In this document: in pieces, positions 1-8,125 of the stretch
How the letters are laid out: every line of letters starts with the position of its first letter
Numbering within the stretch: the first letter of the stretch is position 1
The notes under the pieces: generated by a model
What the model saw: only the letters and a program-made list of their open reading frames with translations
Database searches by the model: none
Told to the model about the DNA's origin: nothing
Translations under genes and position numbers: made by a program
Virus record (IMG/VR): IMGVR_UViG_3300014613_000623
Span: 1 to 41,929 of that record
Length of the DNA stretch: 41,929 nucleotides
Strand: one strand, 5' to 3'
Source: a virus
Taxonomy: Duplodnaviria > Caudoviricetes

Positions 1-32
1 AAAAGCATCACCCCCGAAGAGATGACGCTTTT
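1..32. terminator. Imperfect hairpin with A and T tails, likely the host terminator downstream of the tRNA
   Basis: AAAAGCATCA...TGACGCTTTT, downstream of the tRNA fragment on the minus strand. Confidence 0.4.
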
Positions 33-78
33 AGAGAAACCTTTGTTGCTAAAGTTTTCTTACGGGTTCTAGACCCAA

Positions 79-123
79 TGATCCCGACTGGGCTCGAACC
101 AGCGACCTCCACCCTGTCAAGGT
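79..123 (-). pseudogene. 3' half of tRNA-Val(GAC); putative prophage att core (45 bp)
   Basis: Minus strand reads ACCTTGACAGGGTGGAGGTCGCTGGTTCGAGCCCAGTCGGGATCA: anticodon loop with GAC, T-arm GGTTCGAGCC and 3' acceptor strand; no D-arm or 5' acceptor strand upstream. Confidence 0.9.
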
Positions 124-188
124 TAAGTTCCGGTTTAATTCCGATAAAACCACGTTACGCAATGCGATGAGTAAACGTTTACTCGCGT

Positions 189-217
189 ATTATAGCAAGA
201 ATATTGACGAATGTAAA
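189..217 (-). promoter_or_regulatory. Outward-facing sigmaA-type promoter
   Basis: Minus strand TTTACA-17 bp-TATAAT with extended TG; perfect palindrome GAGTAAACGTTTACTC at 169-184 next to the predicted start. Confidence 0.6.
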
Positions 218-313
218 CGAAAGTACCGCTACCTATCAAGTACCCTCGTAATTATGGCGATTTGAAACCGTTTTAATTTACGTTCGTACTATATAAGTAG
301 GTAGCGGATTTAA

Positions 314-342
314 TTGAAAACGGAAGTTTCTACGTATATACT
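314..342 (+). promoter_or_regulatory. sigmaA-type promoter for the 368 gene
   Basis: TTGAAA-17 bp-TATACT followed by a GGAGG RBS. Confidence 0.6.
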
Positions 343-367
343 AAAATAAAACAACGGAGGTAATTAT

Positions 368-889
368 ATGAAAACGAAGTTACTTAAATCGGGCGGATAC
401 TTTATCGTAGGTTTACTCGTACTATCCGTAATCACGTATTTAGCAGGAGGCGAAGATAGTACCGCCGAAGAAAATGAAGCAGTAGCGGAAATGCAAGCGA
501 AGGGCGAAGCGATACAGGCGGAAAAGGATGCGGAGAAGAAAGCGAAGGCAGACGCTAAAGCCAATAAAGAAGCGAAAGCAGAAGCAGAAATCGCCGATAA
601 ACTCGCGGAATTCGAAACCGCTAAGACTGCGATGATCGATAATAGTAGCGGTGTTATTACGGAAGTGACTGCGGAACACACAGGCGTTATGTATCGAGCG
701 GTCGTATTCGTAGATGAAGCGACGTGGGCGGGCAGTAACGATAGCGAGAAAGAATCGTTCACTACGTCAATTGGTACGGCTATCGAGCAAGCCTTCGGAG
801 ATACAACTCTAGTCGACTTTAAATCCGCATTGAACGGCGACATAATTGCAAGCGAAAAAGTATTCGGTGGGTACGATATCAAACGATAA
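368..889 (+). CDS. Membrane-anchored exported protein (moron; possible superinfection exclusion)
   Basis: N-terminal hydrophobic helix, Ala/Lys/Glu-rich coiled coil, small C-terminal domain; own promoter and terminator at the prophage edge. Confidence 0.7.
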   Translation: MKTKLLKSGGYFIVGLLVLSVITYLAGGEDSTAEENEAVAEMQAKGEAIQAEKDAEKKAKADAKANKEAKAEAEIADKLAEFETAKTAMIDNSSGVITEVTAEHTGVMYRAVVFVDEATWAGSNDSEKESFTTSIGTAIEQAFGDTTLVDFKSALNGDIIASEKVFGGYDIKR

Positions 890-902
890 TAAGAAATAAC
901 GG

Positions 903-935
903 AAGAACCTCGTCAATAATAGCGGGGTTCTTTTT
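903..935 (+). terminator. Rho-independent terminator
   Basis: AAGAACCTCG...CGGGGTTCTT followed by a T run. Confidence 0.75.
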
Positions 936-953
936 GCGTTTATTTTAAATCCG

Positions 954-1136
954 ATGTCGCATAATACAGCAGATAACTCGCAGTAAGTAGTAAGAGCGGA
1001 AAATTTGGGGGAATTAAATTCCGATGTTGCACATTCTTAATACGTTTATACATACGTAGTAAGACCGTAGTTGAGCGGAATTCAAATTCAATCCTAATGT
1101 TGCAAAATTCGAATTGAATGGTGCATATCTAGTAAG
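954..1136 (+). repeat. Three tandem ~70-bp units carrying a bipartite motif ATGTYGCA-N18-RCA...TAGTAAG (putative phage-sigma promoters)
   Basis: Copies at 954-994, 1024-1063 and 1097-1136; a fourth copy at 11534-11573. Confidence 0.7.
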
Positions 1137-1158
1137 GACATAAAAACTTAATAAGGGA

Positions 1159-1953
1159 GTGTTGTTTTTGGGAGAAACGATTTTACGTGAAACTTTGTTG
1201 GCGCAAGGTTACGTAGAGATTTGGCATCGTTTAGGAAGTGTATTTTACGAAGATACAAAAGGGAATATAGTAGCGAAAGTCTGTAGGAAATGTTCTAAAT
1301 TAAAACTTATAGAATCTTTTAATAAGAAAGAAAGAGGTATCGGAGGTAAGCACTCGCAGTGTGGTGATTGCACTTCGAATAAAGCTAAAACGTGGAGAGA
1401 AACTCACGTAGAACACGTCGAAGAAAAGAATAAATTATACCGCGAAAATAGAATAATAACTAATAGAATGTGGCGTAAAAATAATCCTGAAAGAAAGAGA
1501 GAATACTTACAAAAGTGGCGAAGTGAAAACCCCGAAAAGAAACGTCTAGCAGATAACAAAAGACGCGCACGCTTATTAGGATTACCTTACGATATGACTC
1601 TAAAAGAGGAAGAAAAAGTAAAGCTCTTTTTCGGAGGATGTGCCTTAACCGAAAGTAACGATACCCAAAACGATCATGTCATACCGTTATTTGTAGGACA
1701 CGGCGGGACAACCCTTTCGAATATAGTTCCGCTAAGAAAGGACTTAAACTATAGTAAAAATAACGCTCATCTTTTCGAATGGTATTCATGGGCTAAGGAC
1801 TCTTTCGGCTTGTCACAAGCGAAATTCGACGCTTTAATCTCGTACTTAGCGGAAGTGAACGGAATGACACCGAAAGAATATCGCATGTACGTCGATTGGT
1901 GCTTCGATAATCCACGGACGATTGACGATTTAGAAACGGAGTTGACGGGATGA
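1159..1953 (+). CDS. HNH endonuclease with N-terminal Zn finger
   Basis: CRKC...CGDC, basic helix, DHVIPL..GG....NIVPL...LN..K; paralog of the 13387 gene. Confidence 0.8.
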   Translation: MLFLGETILRETLLAQGYVEIWHRLGSVFYEDTKGNIVAKVCRKCSKLKLIESFNKKERGIGGKHSQCGDCTSNKAKTWRETHVEHVEEKNKLYRENRIITNRMWRKNNPERKREYLQKWRSENPEKKRLADNKRRARLLGLPYDMTLKEEEKVKLFFGGCALTESNDTQNDHVIPLFVGHGGTTLSNIVPLRKDLNYSKNNAHLFEWYSWAKDSFGLSQAKFDALISYLAEVNGMTPKEYRMYVDWCFDNPRTIDDLETELTG

Positions 1954-2174
1954 CGAGATTAAGCAGAGATGAACGTGAGCGGTTACGCGAAAAAATGGAC
2001 GCATATAAACGATGGGAAGAAGAGATTGCGTTTGCGGTGAAAGGTGACGACATTGATTACGAGGTGATCGATTCAGCTAACGCTAAATTAGAGGAAGAGT
2101 TAGCCGTTATAAAAGCGCCGAAAGATACGTTAGAAGAAGCGGCATGGTTCGAGTCACTGCGATTTAAAAAATAG
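1950..2174 (+). CDS. Hypothetical phage protein
   Basis: ATGA overlap with the upstream stop; GGAG RBS. Confidence 0.7.
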   Translation: MTRLSRDERERLREKMDAYKRWEEEIAFAVKGDDIDYEVIDSANAKLEEELAVIKAPKDTLEEAAWFESLRFKK

Positions 2175-2193
2175 AAAACTAGGAGGAAATTAA

Positions 2194-2400
2194 ATGAATA
2201 ACAATAACCAGAGGTTAGGCGAATCAATCACGAAATTAAGCGAGGCATTAGCGGAATTAATCTATGCGATAAACGAAGAACGAGAGGAGCAAATAACGCG
2301 CACTACTACACTAAAAGTAACTTTAGAAGATATCGATATAGAAAGTATAAAACACGTTAAGGAAATAATCGAACGTATAAAATTGGAGGATTGTCGATGA
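2194..2400 (+). CDS. Hypothetical phage protein
   Basis: Strong AGGAGG RBS. Confidence 0.7.
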   Translation: MNNNNQRLGESITKLSEALAELIYAINEEREEQITRTTTLKVTLEDIDIESIKHVKEIIERIKLEDCR

Positions 2401-2588
2401 AAAGTTGTAGACGCAGGGCAATCGCCATTAGCGTAGGTGCTAGATATTACCGCAGGTCGGACGGATGTTACTCCCTTTCATACCGCGTTGATGAAATCGG
2501 AATAGTTCAGTATCCGTGGTATCCGGTATTTCCATTAACGAAATTTATCGAAAAGATTCGCGAAATAGAAACGGAGGAATCGGAATGA
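2397..2588 (+). CDS. Hypothetical phage protein
   Basis: GGAGG RBS, ATGA overlap; start moved to 2397. Confidence 0.6.
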   Translation: MKSCRRRAIAISVGARYYRRSDGCYSLSYRVDEIGIVQYPWYPVFPLTKFIEKIREIETEESE

Positions 2589-2905
2589 CGGAAACATACA
2601 ATCCGCAACAACTAAAGATTGCAGCGGTATCAAACGGTATTCACATATTCGAAGCTGACGGAGAGTGGCTAGGTGATGTTGTAGCGAAGCACGTTACGGA
2701 AGACGCGTGTAACTCAGTAGCGAGTTTCCTCGTAATGAACAACGGAAAGTCGTTGAAGGTTACGGTATCCGGTAAGACTTACGAATTAAGTATTAACGAG
2801 GAGGAAACGGTATTAGAGCGGTTAGCGGAAAAGTCTTGGCGAGAGTCGATGGAGTTCAGAAAGTGCGCTCAGACAGAAGAGTATGAAACGGAGGAAACGG
2901 AATGA
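2585..2905 (+). CDS. Hypothetical phage protein
   Basis: GGAGG RBS before MTETYNP; start moved downstream of the ORF-track start. Confidence 0.65.
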   Translation: MTETYNPQQLKIAAVSNGIHIFEADGEWLGDVVAKHVTEDACNSVASFLVMNNGKSLKVTVSGKTYELSINEEETVLERLAEKSWRESMEFRKCAQTEEYETEETE

Positions 2906-3042
2906 ACTTATTAAAACCGTTACAAGAATTCGGATTCACTGCGACCGGCGGAGTCGCGATATATTTTCTGATATGCTTCGCGTTAGTAACGGCAATCGGA
3001 ATAGCGTATATAATCATGGCTATCCTCGGGTGGTTGAAATGA
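2902..3042 (+). CDS. Small membrane protein (46 aa, not in the ORF track)
   Basis: GGAGG RBS; MNLLKPLQEFGFTATGGVAIYFLICFALVTAIGIAYIIMAILGWLK. Confidence 0.6.
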   Translation: MNLLKPLQEFGFTATGGVAIYFLICFALVTAIGIAYIIMAILGWLK

Positions 3043-3212
3043 CGGAAACAGAACGCAAACTACGCAAGGCTCTCGAATTCTACGCTGACCCTACGCACCA
3101 CGAACGCATTATCTACGCTAGGGAAGACGATACATTCGAGTCAGCCGTTGAGCGTGACGGAGGTTACTTAGCGCAGACGGTACTAAAGGAGGTCGTTCGT
3201 TATAACGGATAA
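3039..3212 (+). CDS. Hypothetical phage protein (57 aa)
   Basis: ATGA coupling; LRKALEFYAD motif of a kind common in small Bacillus phage proteins. Confidence 0.6.
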   Translation: MTETERKLRKALEFYADPTHHERIIYAREDDTFESAVERDGGYLAQTVLKEVVRYNG

Positions 3213-3537
3213 GCAACGCACGGTCATCGACTTCCGTAAACGCCGTTTCGTACAGGTGACGCGCGAAGTCATACACAACGAGGCGCTACTAACGAAGCCA
3301 GTCGAATTAGCGGTATACGCGGTCTTGTGCATGTACGCCGATAACGTAACGAAGGAAACACATCCGTCCGTTGCGACTATCGCGAAAAAGGCTCGGAGTA
3401 GCGAACGCGTTGTACACCGATCATTGAAGACGCTAGAAGCTGCGGGCTATATCGAAATTGTAAACCGCGTAGATAGGAACGGATTTAAAACATCGAACCA
3501 GTACGTATTGCTCGACGTTGAGGATAGCGCAAAATGA
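3202..3537 (+). CDS. Winged-HTH protein resembling the N-terminal domain of phage replication initiators
   Basis: VYAVLCMYAD...HPSVATIAKKA..SER.V.R.L..LE..GYI...SNQY; AAGGAGG RBS points to an in-frame ATA at 3202 (track start is GTG 3256). Confidence 0.75.
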   Translation: MTDKQRTVIDFRKRRFVQVTREVIHNEALLTKPVELAVYAVLCMYADNVTKETHPSVATIAKKARSSERVVHRSLKTLEAAGYIEIVNRVDRNGFKTSNQYVLLDVEDSAK

Positions 3538-3712
3538 CGCAACCGTACCCACCAAAATGGCAGAACGGTACCGTCGAAAATGGCAGAACGGTACCGTCGA
3601 AAATGGCAGATAAACTAAACGTCTATTAACTAAACGTTATGATAACTAAACTAAACATTGCGGATGTAGTTAAGTTCAAGCGATTGCGTCAGCTAAAGCT
3701 AACGCGGATATT
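3531..3712 (+). repeat. Iteron-like array, AT-rich repeats and conserved palindrome (putative origin 1)
   Basis: 23-bp unit AAAATGGCAGAACGGTACCGTCG at 3554 and 3577, degenerate at 3531, partial at 3600; AACTAAAC x4; GCGTCAGCTAAAGCTAACGC at 3686-3705. Confidence 0.7.
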
Positions 3713-3817
3713 TAAATAATTACGTAATCACCGTGTTAAAGTGAGTGCGATAAATACCTACTACAGTGTAATCATAATTACGAATCTTTCTATATAAGAG
3801 AAAAGAGGTGTTGATAA

Positions 3818-4072
3818 TTGGATGCTATCGAAAAGAAATTAAAGAACGACCAAAATAAAAATAAAAGAGAACGTTTACGTAAATTCCACAACTTACGCAA
3901 ACTTAGAAAAGCAAGAGATATCGCAAGCAGACATTTAACTAAAAGGTATACGACTAATTTTTTAATTAGAAATATCGGAAATACGAATGTAAATGAATTT
4001 TCGGAAAAACAAACCACTAACGCTTTATCTGTAACGATTTACAGTTGGGCGAAGAAATACATGGAAGATTGA
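3818..4072 (+). CDS. Basic, AT-rich hypothetical protein
   Basis: GAGGTG RBS, TTG start. Confidence 0.6.
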   Translation: MDAIEKKLKNDQNKNKRERLRKFHNLRKLRKARDIASRHLTKRYTTNFLIRNIGNTNVNEFSEKQTTNALSVTIYSWAKKYMED

Positions 4073-4102
4073 ACAAAATAAGCAAACGGAGGTCTCACCG
4101 AT

Positions 4103-4396
4103 ATGGCGTATTCACGCGAAGAACAAGAAACTATCCTTAATTTTGACGGACTCACTAACGAATGGCACGTTTACTCGACTGTACCGAAACACATGCGGAA
4201 ACTTAAAGAACTGACGGTACTTTCCGTACTAGAAACGGAAGTAGACGGAATCACTCCGAAAGCAGTCAGCGGAATACTCACGGAGAAGCAGGTGTCGATG
4301 AAGAAGATTCGCGTATATACGGACGAGCAGCGGAAGGAACTGGCGGAACGTGGACGCAAATTAGCCGAGAAACGTAAAGAAGAATCTACGGAATAG
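4103..4396 (+). CDS. Hypothetical phage protein
   Basis: GGAGG RBS; EEQETILNFD...W.VYSTVPKH. Confidence 0.75.
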   Translation: MAYSREEQETILNFDGLTNEWHVYSTVPKHMRKLKELTVLSVLETEVDGITPKAVSGILTEKQVSMKKIRVYTDEQRKELAERGRKLAEKRKEESTE

Positions 4397-4486
4397 TAGC
4401 GGAAATCTCTCGGAGGTATAAATACTTACGAAATAAAACGGAGTTAGTTTTGCCGTATATTCATTGGAGAAACGGAGGTCAACGGA

Positions 4487-4609
4487 ATGACGCATTTAAT
4501 CGCAATAGTATGGACTGGTGTAATCACATACGTAGCAATCTCGTATTTCGAACGCAAGTTTAAGTTAGCGCACGCAATCAACGAAGATTTAAGGGGGCAG
4601 GCGGAATGA
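4487..4609 (+). CDS. Small membrane protein (40 aa)
   Basis: GGAGG RBS, hydrophobic N-terminus, coupled to the next ORF. Confidence 0.5.
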   Translation: MTHLIAIVWTGVITYVAISYFERKFKLAHAINEDLRGQAE

Positions 4610-4755
4610 GCGAAGACACATCGGCACGCAACGCTGAACTCGGCGAGCCTTCACCGGAATGTAACTGCGAAGCATTAACGGACATTCGCGAGGAACTGAC
4701 GGATATTAAGGCGATGATCGGACGGTTATTAAGAAACGGAGGCGATGACGTATGA
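4606..4755 (+). CDS. Small hypothetical protein (49 aa)
   Basis: ATGA coupling on both sides. Confidence 0.5.
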   Translation: MSEDTSARNAELGEPSPECNCEALTDIREELTDIKAMIGRLLRNGGDDV

Positions 4756-4919
4756 TTAAACGATTATTATGCAACCATTCGTGGAAACACGTAAATACGT
4801 TAATGTTCCATAAGTCGACTTACGGATGTACTAGATGCGGTAAAACGAAGAAGCTATATTCTTATGATTATAACGAATGGAAATTCCGCCGTGAGTCGAA
4901 AGGAGATACGTTCGTATGA
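4752..4919 (+). CDS. Small Zn-ribbon-like protein (55 aa)
   Basis: GGAGG RBS; LLCNHSW...CTRCGK. Confidence 0.55.
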   Translation: MIKRLLCNHSWKHVNTLMFHKSTYGCTRCGKTKKLYSYDYNEWKFRRESKGDTFV

Positions 4920-5533
4920 AACTAAATCCGATTAAAGTAACCGCGTTCGTCATCGTAGTCCTCGCGCTAATCATCTGCGCAATGTCGCTAATCAGCGTAT
5001 TCCCGCATAAATCGACCATCGCGGAAATGTCAGCGGAATTATCGGTACCTACCGCTAATCTCGTAGATAAGGAAACGGTTATCACCGCGCTAAAAGAGAA
5101 CGCGCAAATCGTAGGCATGGACGGCGTTATCACGAAGGAATTCCGTTATACAGACGCTAAGTGGTTCGGTGACAAGACGTACGCTATGACGCTACACGGC
5201 ACGTTTAAGACGGGCTTTTCCGTATCGGCAATCACGGCAGACAACGTAATCGTCACGGAGAGCAACGAAGTCATTATCAGTACGCCAGCAACGGAATTGA
5301 TATCGTTGGAACTACCGTATGACCGTATTGAAATCGATAAAGACGTCGCTATATTACGGAAGGACTTTACGGAGGCGGATCGTCAGCTATTATACGCAAA
5401 AGCATCGGCTAGCATACGTAAGGAAATCGCAGAGGACGCAGAGGTTCAAAAGCAAGCGTTAGTAGCGAGTCAGCAGGCGTTGAGAGCGATACTGACGCTA
5501 GTGCCGGGCGTGAGGAAGGTTACGTTTAACTAA
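4916..5533 (+). CDS. Membrane-anchored protein, DUF4230-like
   Basis: N-terminal TM helix; G.FKTGF...IISTP..E pattern and C-terminal amphipathic helices. Confidence 0.6.
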   Translation: MKLNPIKVTAFVIVVLALIICAMSLISVFPHKSTIAEMSAELSVPTANLVDKETVITALKENAQIVGMDGVITKEFRYTDAKWFGDKTYAMTLHGTFKTGFSVSAITADNVIVTESNEVIISTPATELISLELPYDRIEIDKDVAILRKDFTEADRQLLYAKASASIRKEIAEDAEVQKQALVASQQALRAILTLVPGVRKVTFN

Positions 5534-5545
5534 GGAGGCGGAATT

Positions 5546-5818
5546 ATGACGGAAGAACAAATCGAAGCAATACGTAAACGAGCGGAGAAATCTCGCGGAA
5601 ATTGGTATACCGATTTTAATGCGATGCGAAACGCTAGTCACGTAATTAATGAAGATATTCCCGCGTTGCTTGCGGAGGTCGAGCGGTTACGCCGAGAAAT
5701 ATCGTTCATTGCTCACGTAGATTTACTCAAGAACGCGTATGATGAGGAACATATCGCGTTAAGCGTTCAGTCGTGGGCGCTAAACGTATTAGACGGGATT
5801 AATCACGATGGTAAGTAA
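5546..5818 (+). CDS. Hypothetical phage protein
   Basis: AAGGAGG RBS; IEAIRKRAE...DIPALLAEVERLR. Confidence 0.75.
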   Translation: MTEEQIEAIRKRAEKSRGNWYTDFNAMRNASHVINEDIPALLAEVERLRREISFIAHVDLLKNAYDEEHIALSVQSWALNVLDGINHDGK

Positions 5819-6203
5819 ACGTTACGATGAAATCGAAGTAACCGCGTGGAACACTCGCCACTTTGCGAATTACCTAGCGGATGAACACAAGCGGTTATAC
5901 CGAATCGACTACGTACCATTTCGCGGCTACCAAGCGGAGGCGGGCATACTCGGCAGATACATCGGCACGGCGAAGAAACCGGGGCTATACGATAAGGCGT
6001 TGGTAAAAGCGTTCATCGACGCATGCTTCGCGGAGTACAAGCCTAGCGCGCAATATCCGGGGCTATCGTTTGGCTTTATGTCAACGTATATGACGCGGAA
6101 TTTGCAACGTTTACAAGCGGAGGAAGCACGGAAGGAAACGTCAGCAAAAGCGGTAGCCGACAGTGATAACGGCAAATTAGACGAATTGGAGCGATGGTTA
6201 TGA
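5808..6203 (+). CDS. Hypothetical replication-associated protein
   Basis: Lies just upstream of the DnaC-like gene; function inferred from position only. Confidence 0.6.
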   Translation: MVSKRYDEIEVTAWNTRHFANYLADEHKRLYRIDYVPFRGYQAEAGILGRYIGTAKKPGLYDKALVKAFIDACFAEYKPSAQYPGLSFGFMSTYMTRNLQRLQAEEARKETSAKAVADSDNGKLDELERWL

Positions 6204-6370
6204 CGGAAGGTGAACGTAGTATTTGGATAGCGTACTGCGAGAAAATCGCAATTAACGAAGGACTCGAATACGGCGACTTTAGCGAGTTATCTGACGCAGA
6301 ACTAACGGAAATGTCCGATAAGTTATTCGCTATATCGATAGGATACACGGAGGAGGCGAACGCAGATTGA
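6200..6370 (+). CDS. Small hypothetical protein (56 aa)
   Basis: GGAG RBS; overlaps both neighbours by 4 bp. Confidence 0.5.
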   Translation: MTEGERSIWIAYCEKIAINEGLEYGDFSELSDAELTEMSDKLFAISIGYTEEANAD

Positions 6371-7101
6371 CGCAGAAATGTATCTTAAATGAACGGAAGA
6401 AAGGCGGATGCGCTACGTGCTTACCGAATTGCGCGCACTTCATTTCGCTGAACGGACTTAGCGGAACAGGCGGACGCATCGGCGCTGCAAATGTACCGCG
6501 TGATTATCGGCAACTCACGCTAAAGAACGCACCGGCACGGGAGGAACAAGCGAAGATTTACGCAAGCCTAGCGAAGTATGTAGCGACATTCGAGCGCCAG
6601 TTTGATACGGGTAATGAGCGTGTGAAATCGCTTTATCTCTATAGCGTATCGCCCGGCACCGGTAAAAGCACCACCGCATCAGCGCTAGTTAACGAATGGC
6701 TTATCGCACATTACCTCGGCAGTTTAAAACGTGGCATACAACCGCAGCAAGTACCGGCGTATTACCTCGACGTCAACGAATTACAAACACGCTATAACCT
6801 CGCGACGATGACGGATGACAAAGCGGAATTAGACGATATCAAACGGCTCATGCGGAAATGTATGGACGTGCCGTTCCTAGTCTGCGATGACATCGGATTG
6901 CGGTCGGCGACTGAATCGTTTAAGTCGATTGTGCATGCGATTATCAACGCGAGGACTACCGAGAGCGCACCGACGATTTATACGAGTAACGTAAGCATCG
7001 GAGAATTAGCGGGGATTTACGACGCACGACTGCAAGACAGAATCGCGGATCAATGCTTGAATCTAGCGTTCAGTGGCGAATCGAAACGGGGGAAACGCTA
7101 A
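6367..7101 (+). CDS. DnaC/IstB-like AAA+ helicase loader
   Basis: Walker A SPGTGKS, Walker B LVCDDIG, IYTSN, RLQDRI; N-terminal Cys cluster. Confidence 0.9.
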   Translation: MTQKCILNERKKGGCATCLPNCAHFISLNGLSGTGGRIGAANVPRDYRQLTLKNAPAREEQAKIYASLAKYVATFERQFDTGNERVKSLYLYSVSPGTGKSTTASALVNEWLIAHYLGSLKRGIQPQQVPAYYLDVNELQTRYNLATMTDDKAELDDIKRLMRKCMDVPFLVCDDIGLRSATESFKSIVHAIINARTTESAPTIYTSNVSIGELAGIYDARLQDRIADQCLNLAFSGESKRGKR

Positions 7102-7445
7102 TGCAAGTCGGCGACCGCTTATTAGGACGTAAGCACGGCTTAACCGGAATCCTCACGCTAAACGACGAAGGATACACGGTCGTAGGTAAATACCGCGACG
7201 GCACACACTTTAAAACGCTAGAGAAACCGCTAGACGAAGTTGCGCTTAATTGGCGTAGCCTAACCGAAGGCGAGAACGGAAATAAGCGCGTAGAAGGCTA
7301 CGCAATTAACGTAACATTCGAATCGACGGAGTTATCTGACGTAGCCCGCCACGGAATTATTGACGGACTAGAAACGCTATTTACGAAATACGAGGAACTG
7401 TATATCGAAGTAGCGCCAATCATAAACGAGGAGGAAACGAAATGA
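7101..7445 (+). CDS. Hypothetical phage protein
   Basis: TAATG coupling with the loader gene. Confidence 0.65.
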   Translation: MQVGDRLLGRKHGLTGILTLNDEGYTVVGKYRDGTHFKTLEKPLDEVALNWRSLTEGENGNKRVEGYAINVTFESTELSDVARHGIIDGLETLFTKYEELYIEVAPIINEEETK

Positions 7446-7930
7446 CACTCGGAAAACTACCGCGCAAAGCGGACTTCGGCGACATTGTAACGGTCAGCGG
7501 ATATGCAGGCGAATACTTCCACGTTGACGGATTCTCGGAATACTACAACTACGAGCCGGGCGTAATGTTCAGCGAAGTTGTCTACGATTTATCCGCAGCA
7601 CTCGATTATAAATCCGGCACGATTGCGGAAGATAGCGAAATTACGTTAGTAGCGAAGGCGAACGAAGCGAAGGCGTTTATTGATTCGCTACTGAAACCGC
7701 CGACTGATTTCGTAGATTTATCGGCTATTAACCTCGAAGTTCTTATGAAGACCGACGTAGCAAATTCGAAGCCGAAACGCAAGACGCAACGGCAGAAACA
7801 AGCGGAAGTCGACGTTCTTTTGGACGAGTTGATTACGTTGCAGACCGTGATTGACGTGTGTGGGACAGACGAAGATTATGCCGTGAGGATTGCGGATGTG
7901 AAGCGGAAATTAGGGGAGGCGACGAAGTGA
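7442..7930 (+). CDS. Hypothetical phage protein
   Basis: GAGGAGG RBS; FGDIV.V.GY and VDVLLDE motifs. Confidence 0.7.
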   Translation: MTLGKLPRKADFGDIVTVSGYAGEYFHVDGFSEYYNYEPGVMFSEVVYDLSAALDYKSGTIAEDSEITLVAKANEAKAFIDSLLKPPTDFVDLSAINLEVLMKTDVANSKPKRKTQRQKQAEVDVLLDELITLQTVIDVCGTDEDYAVRIADVKRKLGEATK

Positions 7931-8106
7931 TGGGTATTATATATCGACTATTTATCGGAGTAGTGGCTATAACGTTATGCCTCTCGTTTGTCGCGTTACT
8001 TGCGCATTATCCGATTGTATTAGTAATACCGGTAGTGGCGTTCTTTCTGTACGCATTATACCAACTAGGAGAAATCGTAATTTCTATAATTAACGGAGAT
8101 TTATAA
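7930..8106 (+). CDS. Small two-TM membrane protein
   Basis: GGAGG RBS; two hydrophobic segments. Confidence 0.6.
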   Translation: MGIIYRLFIGVVAITLCLSFVALLAHYPIVLVIPVVAFFLYALYQLGEIVISIINGDL

Positions 8107-8125
8107 CGGAAGGAGTGAACGCTAA

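Noticed and set aside
79-160. Intact tRNA-Val gene
   Set aside because: Similarity stops at 123; there is no D-arm or 5' acceptor strand.
226-307. 10-bp inverted repeat CCGCTACCTA/TAGGTAGCGG near att
   Set aside because: It could be an integrase arm site or RNA stem, but it is short and cannot be assessed without the other prophage end.
3531-3610. CRISPR array (also considered for 32503-32568 and 954-1136)
   Set aside because: Repeats are head-to-tail without spacers, or the conserved boxes are only 7-8 bp; no cas genes are present.
3525-3660. Frameshift extending the HTH gene through the iterons
   Set aside because: The +1 frame stops at 3613, and no downstream initiator domain or slippery site is evident.
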